A stretch of DNA of 53,073 nucleotides. Source: Bdellovibrionota bacterium. Lineage in GTDB: Bacteria > Bdellovibrionota_C > UBA2361 > JBGSMV01. The translations under genes and the position numbers were made by a program. This document shows, piece by piece, positions 17,929 through 27,071 of the stretch. Within the stretch, counting starts at the first letter, position 1. Each line of letters starts with the position of its first letter. The notes beneath the pieces were generated by a model that saw only the letters and a program-made list of their open reading frames with translations, searched no databases and was not told the origin of the DNA. The stretch is from contig JBIKWF010000018.1 of assembly GCA_044356455.1 (NCBI GenBank), positions 1 through 53,073 of the forward strand. The letters run 5' to 3'.

Positions 17929-18254
17929 CCTTTCGCGTGGTCTTTGAGAACAACCACTAAGAACACTAAGACCACTAAGGTGCATAAGGCGTGACTTAAT
18001 CCTGCAAGTGATGGCCGAGGTTGTGTGAGTTACCGATTTTAACGCGAAGGACGCAAAGGTCTCGAAGGTGTTGAATTCTCTTACCTTCGTGTCCCTCGCG
18101 TCCTTCGCGTTACAACCTTCGCTCTCGAATTGCCCGCACCTTGACTGGATATCAAATCTAGATTTCTACACATAAGCATCTCCCCCTTCGTGTTCTCTGT
18201 GTTCTTAGTGGTTGTTTTTATAAGCCACGAAAAACACTAAGAACACGGAGGGGG
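17929..18254. repeat. Cluster of three 9-bp-periodic palindromic repeats
   Basis: 17929-17980 (accactaagaacactaagaccactaag), 18040-18112 (aacgcgaaggacgcaaag...ctcgcgtccttcgcgtt) and 18183-18254 (cttcgtgttctctgtgttcttagtgg...ccacgaaaaacactaagaacacggag), between convergent genes. Confidence 0.82.
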
Positions 18255-18271
18255 AGGTATTTCGCGCGTCC

Positions 18272-19015
18272 CTAGTGCTGAAAATCATACCAAACCTTGT
18301 CTGCAGCTGCTTGGTTTCGTCCTTTGAGAAGAGACCAGGTAAGCCAAGGACGGAGCACAAAGTACCAGTCTCCAAATCTATCAAATTTGCGACATGAAGT
18401 AATAATAGAGGCCCGCAGAAGGGTTCGAAACGTTCTCCCTGTGCGTCGCCCATGAGCCTTAAGGCGTTTTGCGAAGTCGATGTCTTCGACGCTAGAGAGC
18501 TGCTCATCGAATCCCCCAATCGCAGCAAAATCTTCTCTGCGACAAAAAAAGAGCCCCCCAGAAATCCCATACCAGAGGGCAATTGGAAGGAGCAGCATTC
18601 CTGTGGCTAGGATTCCTAGAGACCAGCGTTCCGGTAAAATTACTACTCCGCCACCGATGGCCGTCTCGTCGGCAAGGCACAGAAGGATTCTTTGCAGCAT
18701 GTTTTGCGACATCTGACTATCAGCGTCGATAGTGACAAGGTAGCGTCCGCGCGCCAGGCTTACTCCGGCGTTGCGGATGGCTGCAAGGTTTTTACTCTCG
18801 TTCTTGGTGATGCGGCAGCCCCGAGAGATGGCAATCGACTCTGTGTTATCGGTGCAGCGATTGAGCACCACAATCACCTCCGCTTCCGTGCGTGCAAGGG
18901 CAAGAGCCTTCTGAATTGAGTCCAGGCAGCGGGGGAGCGTGAGTTCCTCGTCTCTTGCTGGAATAACAATAGAAAACGTGGGAGGAGGGCAGGTTTCGCT
19001 GGCAAACATAGGCAT
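18272..19015 (-). CDS. Glycosyltransferase family 2
   Basis: FSIVIPARDEE, CTDNT, RNAG, IDAD, GGFDE, EDIDF. The upstream part of the listed ORF overlaps the next gene, so the start is set at ATG 19015 (or 19009). Confidence 0.9.
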   Translation of the reverse strand: MPMFASETCPPPTFSIVIPARDEELTLPRCLDSIQKALALARTEAEVIVVLNRCTDNTESIAISRGCRITKNESKNLAAIRNAGVSLARGRYLVTIDADSQMSQNMLQRILLCLADETAIGGGVVILPERWSLGILATGMLLLPIALWYGISGGLFFCRREDFAAIGGFDEQLSSVEDIDFAKRLKAHGRRTGRTFRTLLRASIITSCRKFDRFGDWYFVLRPWLTWSLLKGRNQAAADKVWYDFQH

Positions 19016-19119
19016 GGCCCCAAGTATATGCGACTCAGGGCGGAGGGGGAATGGTGGCCCGGGGAGGAGGATTGAAGTATGGTGGGCCGTCAACTTTGTA
19101 ATCCAGGGTAGGACCCGCT

Positions 19120-20886
19120 GTGCCTCGAAATCCGATTTTCTTCGTCGCTCTTCTCGCCATGCTCCTAGTGCTACCAGGGCTTGGGAATCGAGATTTCTCA
19201 ACACGCGGTGAGCCTCGCGAGGCTCTCGTGGCTCAAAGTATTGCCGAGGGGGATTCTGCCGGGCACCTCGACTGGGTCCTTGGCACAGGCTACGGGGGAT
19301 CAGTTCCGTCGAAGCCCCCCTTAACACATTGGATTACTGCCCTTGTCTCCTATCCCTTGGGAGAGGTAACCCCTGCAACTGCCCGTTTCCCTTCTGCCCT
19401 TGCTTGCATTCTCGCAGTCACGTTCTTTGGCGGATTCGTGGCGAGACGTTTCGGCGCCTATCGTGGACTAGTAACGGCGGTAGTCCTTCTCACCAGCGTT
19501 GAGTGGTTCCGTGCGAGCTTTGCTGCGCGGGTTGATATGACCTTGGCTGCGACTCTCATGGGGGGCTTGCTTGCGGTGTATCAGTGGGAGGAGAGAAAGC
19601 GTACCTCCTTCCCGTGGTTGGCAATTGCCATGTTCTCTCTCGCAGCCTTAACCAAGGGCCCCGTAGCGATTGCTCTTCCGGGCTTTATTTTCGTGTTGCT
19701 TCTCTTGAAGCACAAAGAATCGCCTTTTCAGATTCTAAGATCCGGGCTCGTGCTTTTTGCTCCGGTGCTTTTTGTCGTGGGGCTTTGGTATCTCGCGGCG
19801 TTTCTTGAGAGGCGCGATGCATTCTTGGATAAGGTTTGGTACGAGAACGTCCAGAGATTTTTAGGCACCCAAGAGGACGAACCGCACAAGAATTCAGTGC
19901 TCTATTTATGGGCTTCTTTGATTATCGGACTCATACCGTGGTCGTTTATTCTTCTCGGATGGTGTGCTGCGGCATGGAAAGGGCTTGGAGAAGTTGTGCG
20001 CGTGCCGCAGTCTTTGGTGGTCAGAGTACGGACCTGGTGGTCCCGTCTTGATCCTTTTGAGAGATACTCTTTTTTAGTGCTCGCTTCCTTCCTTCTTTTT
20101 TTCTCCATTCCGGGAAGCAAGCGCAGTGTTTACTTGCTCCCCGCGTATCCCTTTGCAGCTTTTCTTTTAAGTGGATTCTTTGATGCTCGTGCGCTGACTT
20201 CTTTGAGAGCGCAGCGCATGTTGGCCTGTACACTTTCGAGCACGACGCTTGTGCTCGCAGGGCTTATCGCTCTTGTCTTAAACTTTCCGGAGCTTGTTCT
20301 TTCTAGGCTCCATGGGAAAAGTGCCGCAGTCGATGCTTCTTTCTTTATTGAGGCGTTCTCTCAGTATTTTATTTCAGCAAGTGTGTGGGAGTGGGGCGCG
20401 GTTATTGCCTTGATGCTACTAGCGGTCGGCGTGCTCGCCGCGTCATTTCCGCTGGGGGCGAGGCTACCAGTTCTGGGGCAAAAGCCGTTTTTGGCTCTCG
20501 CAACATTGATCTGCGCGCTTTGTGCAGTGGGTAATTGGGTTCTTTTCCCCCCGGCGGTTAATGGGCTTAGTTCCCGCGATTTTGCTGATGCGGTATCGGC
20601 GGTGGCTTCTGAAGAAGATACTTTGTATTCCTTTGACACAGAATTCTATGGGCTAAGCTTTTACGCGAAGCGCCCGGTCTATCGCTACGAAGAGAGAAAG
20701 CCAACCACTGGGCTTTTACTGCTCAACGAAACAGATTTGCCTGATTTTCGTGGTCAGGTTGGAGGCCAGATTCTCATAAGCCCGCTTCTGCGCTCCGCTA
20801 CACCAATAACGAGGCCTAGGGACTACGTGCTTTTGGTCCGATTGGCTCCCATTTCCACGAGTGGGATTGGTTTTGGGAGCCATTAA
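19120..20886 (+). CDS. ArnT/PMT-like GT-C membrane glycosyltransferase (GT39/GT83-like)
   Basis: GEPREA, SKPPLTHW, ARFPSA, ARVDM, LTKGP, KRSVYLLP, with many TM segments. Confidence 0.88.
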   Translation: MPRNPIFFVALLAMLLVLPGLGNRDFSTRGEPREALVAQSIAEGDSAGHLDWVLGTGYGGSVPSKPPLTHWITALVSYPLGEVTPATARFPSALACILAVTFFGGFVARRFGAYRGLVTAVVLLTSVEWFRASFAARVDMTLAATLMGGLLAVYQWEERKRTSFPWLAIAMFSLAALTKGPVAIALPGFIFVLLLLKHKESPFQILRSGLVLFAPVLFVVGLWYLAAFLERRDAFLDKVWYENVQRFLGTQEDEPHKNSVLYLWASLIIGLIPWSFILLGWCAAAWKGLGEVVRVPQSLVVRVRTWWSRLDPFERYSFLVLASFLLFFSIPGSKRSVYLLPAYPFAAFLLSGFFDARALTSLRAQRMLACTLSSTTLVLAGLIALVLNFPELVLSRLHGKSAAVDASFFIEAFSQYFISASVWEWGAVIALMLLAVGVLAASFPLGARLPVLGQKPFLALATLICALCAVGNWVLFPPAVNGLSSRDFADAVSAVASEEDTLYSFDTEFYGLSFYAKRPVYRYEERKPTTGLLLLNETDLPDFRGQVGGQILISPLLRSATPITRPRDYVLLVRLAPISTSGIGFGSH

Positions 20887-21055
20887 ATAGTGAGTGCTTC
20901 TTGCCTCGAATGCTGCTACTACTGCCCGCGGGAATTCAGGTAGGGTATGCGCGCGTGAGTTGCTTCGCGTGTGCCTCTGCGCATGACTGAATAAGCCCTA
21001 CGTGCATCGCTTTCAGAATTGCTTTCAGAATTTTTTCTGGGGGAGTCGAGACGAA

Positions 21056-21979
21056 GTGACGGAAACGCTCTTTCCTGCCACCGACGCACTGCAGAATTCT
21101 GTAGAAGCCGCGCCGTCTCATACGCCACAGCCTCATACGCCCAAGCCTCATACACAGTGCCTCAGCGTATTTATTATTTCAGATTCGAGTGGGCAAACCG
21201 CTGCGCACGTGGCGCATGCTGCCGTTACGCAGTTTCCTCCGGGAGTCTCCGTCATCAAGCGCTGTCCACAGGTGCGGAGCCGCGCACAGCTAGGAGAGCT
21301 GGTAGAAGAAGCAAGCAAAGAGCCCAATGCACTTATAGCCTACACCTTGGTGCTTCCCGAATATCGCAGCGCCCTCGAGAGCGCCGCAGCCGCGCGGGGG
21401 ATCCCTCGCGTCGACCTTTTAGGTCCGCTTTTAAGACAAGTGTCGAAGCTTACTGGCGCAGACCCTTTGGCGCAGCCCGGCCGCTCACATCTTCTTGATG
21501 AGGCGTACTTTTCTCGGATGGAAGCAGTTAACTTTGCAGTGCAGCACGACGATGGAGTTAATTCCGAGCGTCTTGTCAGTGCTGATGTGGTGCTGGTCGG
21601 GCTTTCTCGTGCGAGCAAGACACCAAATTGCCTGTATCTCGCGCAGCACTACGGGCTTAAGGCCGCTAATGTCCCCATCGTCCTGGGAATTGCCCCACCT
21701 GAAGCCCTCGTGGCGTTAGATCGTTCAAAGATCGTTGCCTTACATATTGATCCGCATGTCCTGCATTCTCTTCGGCAATCTCGCGCGCTCTCTATGGGGG
21801 TTGCTCGTACGTCGCAGTACGCCTCGTTGGAGCACATTGAGGAAGAAGTTGCTTATGCGAGAAAAATATTTAGGCAGCTCAGCTGCTACGTCATCGATGT
21901 CTCAACGCGAGCTATAGAGGAGACCTCTAGTGACATCAGTTTGTTTCTTTCACGTACGATAAAGGGCTACTCAAGATAG
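21056..21979 (+). CDS. ppsR: PPDK/PEP synthase regulatory kinase/pyrophosphorylase (DUF299)
   Basis: ISDSSGQTA, YFSRMEAVNFAVQHDDG, VGLSRASKTP, KAANVP, AIEET. Directly upstream of ppdK. Start uncertain (GTG 21002 or 21056). Confidence 0.9.
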   Translation: MTETLFPATDALQNSVEAAPSHTPQPHTPKPHTQCLSVFIISDSSGQTAAHVAHAAVTQFPPGVSVIKRCPQVRSRAQLGELVEEASKEPNALIAYTLVLPEYRSALESAAAARGIPRVDLLGPLLRQVSKLTGADPLAQPGRSHLLDEAYFSRMEAVNFAVQHDDGVNSERLVSADVVLVGLSRASKTPNCLYLAQHYGLKAANVPIVLGIAPPEALVALDRSKIVALHIDPHVLHSLRQSRALSMGVARTSQYASLEHIEEEVAYARKIFRQLSCYVIDVSTRAIEETSSDISLFLSRTIKGYSR

Positions 21980-21997
21980 TAATCAGGAGATTGCGCT

Positions 21998-24772
21998 ATG
22001 AAGCAGAGAAACACGGCAGAAAGCACTTTATCCTCATCGACCATGCCGCGAATGTTCTTGTTTACTGATGCTGCGCAGTACTTTAGGGGAGACCGCGAAC
22101 GCATGCGCTCATTGCTTGGTGGAAAGGGCGCCGGCCTTGCGGAAATGAGTGCTTCCGGAGTGCGAGTGCCTCCCGGGCTCACCATAGTGACTTCATGCTG
22201 CCAAGAATACTACGAGTGCGGAAAGAAGATGCCGCCTGGTTTGCTTGAGGAGGTGCATGCACAGCTTCGTGCTGTCGAAACTGCATTGGGCAGGAGGCTT
22301 GGAGACCCCACGTGCCCACTTTTGCTTTCGGTGCGCTCGGGCGCAAAGTTTTCTATGCCTGGAATGATGGATACGATCCTCAATCTTGGACTTAACGAAG
22401 CGACGACCGAGGGGCTTGCCCGTGAGACCCAGAACCCGCGCTTCGCCTGGGACAGCTACCGGCGCTTTATTCAAATGTATTCGAGCGTGGTCTTTGAGGT
22501 CGAAAAACATGCCTTTGAAGCCCTCCTGCATGCGGAAAAGCAGCGCGTGGGGGTCACCCAAGACCATGAGCTTGGTGAAAAATCCCTGCGAAGCTTAGCG
22601 CAGCAGTTCAAGGACCTTCTTAAGGAACACAAAAAGATTACCTTCCCCGAGGATACTTCTATCCAGCTTGCGGGAGCCATCGAGGCAGTTTTTCGTTCGT
22701 GGAATAACAGTCGAGCGGTTTACTACCGCAATCTCAACAAGATTGACCACAGCCTTGGTACCGCAGTGACCGTGCAAGCGATGGTGTTTGGGAATTTTGA
22801 TGCGAGGTCTGCAACCGGGGTGTGCTTTACCCGCGACCCAAGCACTGGGGAAAGGAAGTTGTACGGAGAATATCTGGTCAATGCACAGGGTGAAGATGTG
22901 GTTGCCGGTGTGCGGACTCCAAAGCAAATTTCGGATCTTGCCGTGGAAATGCCAGAAGTACATGCGGAGCTTGCGGCAACTATCTCGAAGCTCGAGCAGC
23001 ACTACAAAGACATGCAGGATACAGAATTTACCGTGCAGCAAGGAAAGGTCTTCCTGCTGCAAACAAGGACGGGGAAGCGCACGGCAGCTGCTGCGGTGCG
23101 AGTCGCCGTGGAAATGGTGAAGGAAGGACTCTTGACCCGCCAGGAAGCTTTGCTGCGGATTGATCCTAATCAGCTTAATCAACTGCTCTTACCTAGCTTC
23201 GATTCTGCCGATACGGCAAAGGCCAAGAGCGCAGGGCGGCTGGTGGCGTGCGGACTCAATGCGTCCCCGGGTGCCGCTACGGGAGAAGTCGTATTCAGTC
23301 CAGATGAGAGTGAGCACCGAGCAAAATTGGGGCACAAAGTTATTCTGGTGCGAGTTGAAACGTGCCCCGATGACATACGCGGAATGGTCCCCGCGCAAGG
23401 AATTGTGACGAGTCGTGGAGGCATGACGAGTCATGCTGCGGTCGTGGCGCGTGGTATGGGGAAGCCTTGTGTGGCGGGGTGCGAGACGCTCAAAATCGAT
23501 CTTGCCGCAGAGCGAATTCAAGTGGGAGGCGTAACGATTAGGAAGGGCGACGTTATCTCGGTTGATGGCTCGACTGGTGAAATATTTCTTGGCGCCCTAA
23601 AAACAAAAGCACCCAGTGTCGATAGCGATTTTAGTACCCTTCTTGGATGGGCGGATGAGACTCGTGCCCTTGGAATTCGGACCAACGCCGATACTCCCGA
23701 GGATGCGGTTCGGGCGCGCCAGTTTGGCGCGCAGGGGGTTGGGCTCTGCCGCACCGAGCATATGTTTATGGACAAGGGGCGGCTCCCTGTCATGCAGTCG
23801 ATGATTATGGCGGAAGATAAGACCGCCAGGCTTGCCGCGCTTTCGCAATTACTTCCCATGCAGCGTCAGGACTTTGTGGGAATTTTCAAAGCGATGGAGG
23901 GGTACCCCGTCACTATCAGATTGCTCGATCCGCCTCTGCATGAGTTCTTGCCTAAACATGAGGAGACCCTGATAGAGCTTACGACTCTTAGAAATAAGGG
24001 CGGCGAAGAGGGCCGAATTGCGGAGTTGCAAATTCTCCTTCGTAAGATTGAGGAGCTTAGGGAATCTAACCCCATGATGGGGCTTCGGGGATGCCGGCTT
24101 GGCCTTCTGTACCCAGAAATAAACGAGATGCAGGTGCAGGCCATTTTTGAAGCAGCGATTGAGGTGCAACGCTCCGGGATGAAGGTTTTGCCTGAGATCA
24201 TGATTCCCTTAGTCGGTCATGTGAAGGAATTAACATTTTCTCGCGAGCAGCTAGAAGCCGTAGCTAAGCGTGTCATGCAGGAGCGTGGCACCACCATAGA
24301 ATATGCCTTTGGCACCATGATTGAGATTCCGCGGGCCTGCGTCACCGCGGATGAGATTGCTGGGGTCGCGGAGTTCTTTAGTTTCGGGACCAACGACCTT
24401 ACTCAGATGACTTTTGGATATAGCCGTGACGACGCAGAGGGTAAGTTCTTGCAGTCCTATCTTGAGGGCGTTCAGACCTCCCAAGGGCTTAAAAAAGTAC
24501 TTACCAGCAATCCCTTTGAGGTGCTTGATCAAGAAGGCGTGGGTAAGCTGATGCGCCTCACGGTAGAGCTCGGACGAAAACGACGTCCGAATCTAAAAAT
24601 AGGAATCTGCGGCGAGCATGGGGGCGAACCTTCATCGATAAGTTTTGCTCATCGTATTGGGCTTAGCTACGTAAGCTGCTCTCCGTTTCGCGTTCCGATT
24701 GCGAGACTGGCAGCGGCTCAGGCGAGTCTGCATGCAGCCGCCAGTCACGCGGGTACGGAACGAGATAGATAG
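21998..24772 (+). CDS. ppdK: Pyruvate, phosphate dikinase
   Basis: LGGKGAGLAEM, SVRSGAKFSMPGMMDT, GGMTSHAAVVARG phospho-His motif, GLCRTEHMF, SFGTNDLTQ, GICGEHGG. Confidence 0.97.
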   Translation: MKQRNTAESTLSSSTMPRMFLFTDAAQYFRGDRERMRSLLGGKGAGLAEMSASGVRVPPGLTIVTSCCQEYYECGKKMPPGLLEEVHAQLRAVETALGRRLGDPTCPLLLSVRSGAKFSMPGMMDTILNLGLNEATTEGLARETQNPRFAWDSYRRFIQMYSSVVFEVEKHAFEALLHAEKQRVGVTQDHELGEKSLRSLAQQFKDLLKEHKKITFPEDTSIQLAGAIEAVFRSWNNSRAVYYRNLNKIDHSLGTAVTVQAMVFGNFDARSATGVCFTRDPSTGERKLYGEYLVNAQGEDVVAGVRTPKQISDLAVEMPEVHAELAATISKLEQHYKDMQDTEFTVQQGKVFLLQTRTGKRTAAAAVRVAVEMVKEGLLTRQEALLRIDPNQLNQLLLPSFDSADTAKAKSAGRLVACGLNASPGAATGEVVFSPDESEHRAKLGHKVILVRVETCPDDIRGMVPAQGIVTSRGGMTSHAAVVARGMGKPCVAGCETLKIDLAAERIQVGGVTIRKGDVISVDGSTGEIFLGALKTKAPSVDSDFSTLLGWADETRALGIRTNADTPEDAVRARQFGAQGVGLCRTEHMFMDKGRLPVMQSMIMAEDKTARLAALSQLLPMQRQDFVGIFKAMEGYPVTIRLLDPPLHEFLPKHEETLIELTTLRNKGGEEGRIAELQILLRKIEELRESNPMMGLRGCRLGLLYPEINEMQVQAIFEAAIEVQRSGMKVLPEIMIPLVGHVKELTFSREQLEAVAKRVMQERGTTIEYAFGTMIEIPRACVTADEIAGVAEFFSFGTNDLTQMTFGYSRDDAEGKFLQSYLEGVQTSQGLKKVLTSNPFEVLDQEGVGKLMRLTVELGRKRRPNLKIGICGEHGGEPSSISFAHRIGLSYVSCSPFRVPIARLAAAQASLHAAASHAGTERDR

Positions 24773-24782
24773 AATCAGTAGT

Positions 24783-24918
24783 TAGGGAGCCTCTGAAAAA
24801 CTTCCCTCTGTGTACCTCTGCGTCCTCTGTGGTGAAATTTTAATCAAGAAATTCACCACAGAGGACACGAAGGTACACAGAGGTGTATTAGGACTGGAGG
24901 TTTTTCAGAGATTCCTTA
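24783..24918. mobile_element. MITE-like element, family B
   Basis: TA-GGGAGCCTCTGAAAAA ... TTTTTCAGAGATTCCT-TA with a long internal palindrome. The right TA is part of the stop codon of 24916..25965. Confidence 0.8.
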
Positions 24919-25965
24919 GGTACCAAAAAGCCTCACAAGATCGGCATCGGGTTCTTCAAGGCTGCAGCTCCCAATACTAAAGGGCAGGAGCCTTCGAAAT
25001 GCTCGGATATCTTCAAGAGAAATTTCCCAGGTTCTCCAGCGCAGCGTTTTGCCAAAAGTAAATGCCGCGGGGTCTTCCTCCGAGAGGCAGGCGTGTAGGG
25101 CGCTGTCTGGTATCTTCTCTCCGTGAGCTAACGTGAGCATTAATGCTACGGCGAGATTGAGGAACCCATGGACGTTGTCATAGCGCGAGGGTTCGAGAAT
25201 GGGGTGATGAAGCCCGGCCGTCGCTTTAAGTGGAAGCTGCATAAGGGCAACTACCCGTAGCACATGCACGAGCCGCTGTTTATCAATTCCGGTGCTTCCG
25301 CTACCTGCTGAGCCAGCGCCTCGAATTTTTAGGGCAAGGCGCCGAGGGAAGGCTGAGTCGAGTTGGCTAATAACAGAGGCGCATGATTCGAGCGCAGCGG
25401 TCCAGGAAGGCAGCGAGAGGTCAGGTTCTATCGCAAGAACGGTTCTCTTATCGGGCATGCCCTCAAGAAGGAGCCGGCACGTGTCCTTAAGGACGTCTGT
25501 GGTTGCTAAAATGTCGGGAGCAAGGCGAACCTCATAGGAAAGAATCTGAAGGTTCTTTGCCAACTGATAGGCAGAGCGCAGGGCATCAAAATCCGGGTCT
25601 CTATCGCCCCTGGCGAGGCCGCCGTCATGCGAGGCACGTTTGAGTGGGATCCCTAGCAGGGCCACTCGAATTGCTCTGCCCGCAAAGGGCGATTCAGAAG
25701 GGGAGGTCGGAGAAGGGGAGTCAGAGCCTCCGATGCGAGAGAGAAGAGAGGTGAGATTTTGCACATCGAGCACAAGATCTGCGTGCACGATGGAGGGCCG
25801 TGTTGCTTTGGCGGCGAAGGAGATCGATTTTTGGAGCGCCTCTTCAAAAGATAGGGCTGCGGGAGGATACATGCCTGCGTAGTCGAAGAGATCTTCGATA
25901 AGCGCCTCGAGCGTTGCCCCGGGGCTCCTTGGCGCCTGTGCGCTTAGGGAACGTGTGCTTTCCAT
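24916..25965 (-). CDS. Conserved hypothetical protein (DYAGxxPPA / KATAGLHHP family), downstream of the FAH-family gene
   Basis: LFDYAGMYPPA, LKATAGLHHP, HGFLNL, SIGSCSLEEP motifs. Strong GGAGG RBS. Confidence 0.75.
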   Translation of the reverse strand: MESTRSLSAQAPRSPGATLEALIEDLFDYAGMYPPAALSFEEALQKSISFAAKATRPSIVHADLVLDVQNLTSLLSRIGGSDSPSPTSPSESPFAGRAIRVALLGIPLKRASHDGGLARGDRDPDFDALRSAYQLAKNLQILSYEVRLAPDILATTDVLKDTCRLLLEGMPDKRTVLAIEPDLSLPSWTAALESCASVISQLDSAFPRRLALKIRGAGSAGSGSTGIDKQRLVHVLRVVALMQLPLKATAGLHHPILEPSRYDNVHGFLNLAVALMLTLAHGEKIPDSALHACLSEEDPAAFTFGKTLRWRTWEISLEDIRAFRRLLPFSIGSCSLEEPDADLVRLFGT

Positions 25966-25982
25966 GAGGAGGACCTCCTGAT

Positions 25983-26981
25983 TTAACTGCGCGCTACTTG
26001 TTGGTCGATAGCCCCAAACACGCTTTTCCCGTCTCGGAACATTTCAATGCGGATACGGTCTCCCACCTTCATGAAGGGGGTGGTCATCGTCCCCGTCGCA
26101 ATCTTCTCGCGCATGCGGCGTTCTGCAAGGCAGGCAATGCCTGCGCTGTCTGGCTCGTTGGAAACCGTGCCGCTGCCGATGATCGTGCCTGCACTGAGTG
26201 CCCTGGTCGCAGCCGCATGCTCTATGAGCTGGCCGAAGGAGAAAAACATTTCTCCCGCATTGGGGGAGCCCACGACCTTGCCGTTGAGGGTGCAGGTAAG
26301 GGGCAGATGAATACGCTCCTCTCTCCAGGCGTTGCCCAATTCATCCAAGGTTACGGCGTAGGGGGAGCATGAGGAGGCAGGCTTAGACTGGAAGAAGCCG
26401 AATCCTGCCTGAAGCTCGCGAGGAATTAAATTCCTTAGGCTCACGTCGTTGAGTAAGAGCGCTAGTTTAATGTAGCGATGGGCGTCGTTTGCCTTGGTGC
26501 CCATGGGGACATCCGTGACAATTACCGCAACTTCGCCTTCAAAGTCGGTGCCATGGGCAAAGTCTATTTGGGGGATATCGTCCTCTGGACCAAGGAGCGT
26601 GTCGCTTACTCCCTGATACATGAGAGGAACAGTTTTCATATCTTCAGGGGGCTCTGCGCCGCGGGCTTTGCGGACGAGTATGATGTGCTGAACGAATGCG
26701 CTCCCATCTACAAAGCCCCAGGTTCGGGGCAGGGGGGACATGAATCTGGCGCCCTTCAGGGGCTGGGTGTCGCGCCACGTGCCTTGCTGGAGGGACTCTG
26801 CAACTTCGCGCAGGAAGCTCTCTGCCTCGTTCCATTCTTCCAGCGCCTGACGCAAGGAAGGGAATTTGTCAGAGGGCAGGTTCGCAAGGACACCCTTGTC
26901 GTCGTTAACCACCACAAGTCTGCCATCTCGCTTCTCTGTCTCATTACGCGGGGAAGAGAGTTTTAAAGTTGCTAGTTTCAT
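25983..26981 (-). CDS. Fumarylacetoacetate hydrolase family protein
   Basis: MKLATL..RDGRLVVV, DGSAF, PLMYQG, DFEGEVAV, NDVSLRNL, GFFQSKP, GTIIGSGTVSN. Confidence 0.92.
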   Translation of the reverse strand: MKLATLKLSSPRNETEKRDGRLVVVNDDKGVLANLPSDKFPSLRQALEEWNEAESFLREVAESLQQGTWRDTQPLKGARFMSPLPRTWGFVDGSAFVQHIILVRKARGAEPPEDMKTVPLMYQGVSDTLLGPEDDIPQIDFAHGTDFEGEVAVIVTDVPMGTKANDAHRYIKLALLLNDVSLRNLIPRELQAGFGFFQSKPASSCSPYAVTLDELGNAWREERIHLPLTCTLNGKVVGSPNAGEMFFSFGQLIEHAAATRALSAGTIIGSGTVSNEPDSAGIACLAERRMREKIATGTMTTPFMKVGDRIRIEMFRDGKSVFGAIDQQVARS

Positions 26982-27071
26982 GGGAGTGCCTTTGGTGGAC
27001 GGGGAAGATTCGTGAAAAACTTAGCAAAAGAGCCTTGCCAGTGAAAGCGAATCTCAGGAGTCTTGGTAGCT

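Noticed and set aside
19016..19327. N-terminal extension of the GT2 ORF
   Set aside because: It overlaps the divergent ArnT-like gene, and GT2 similarity starts only at FSIVIPA.
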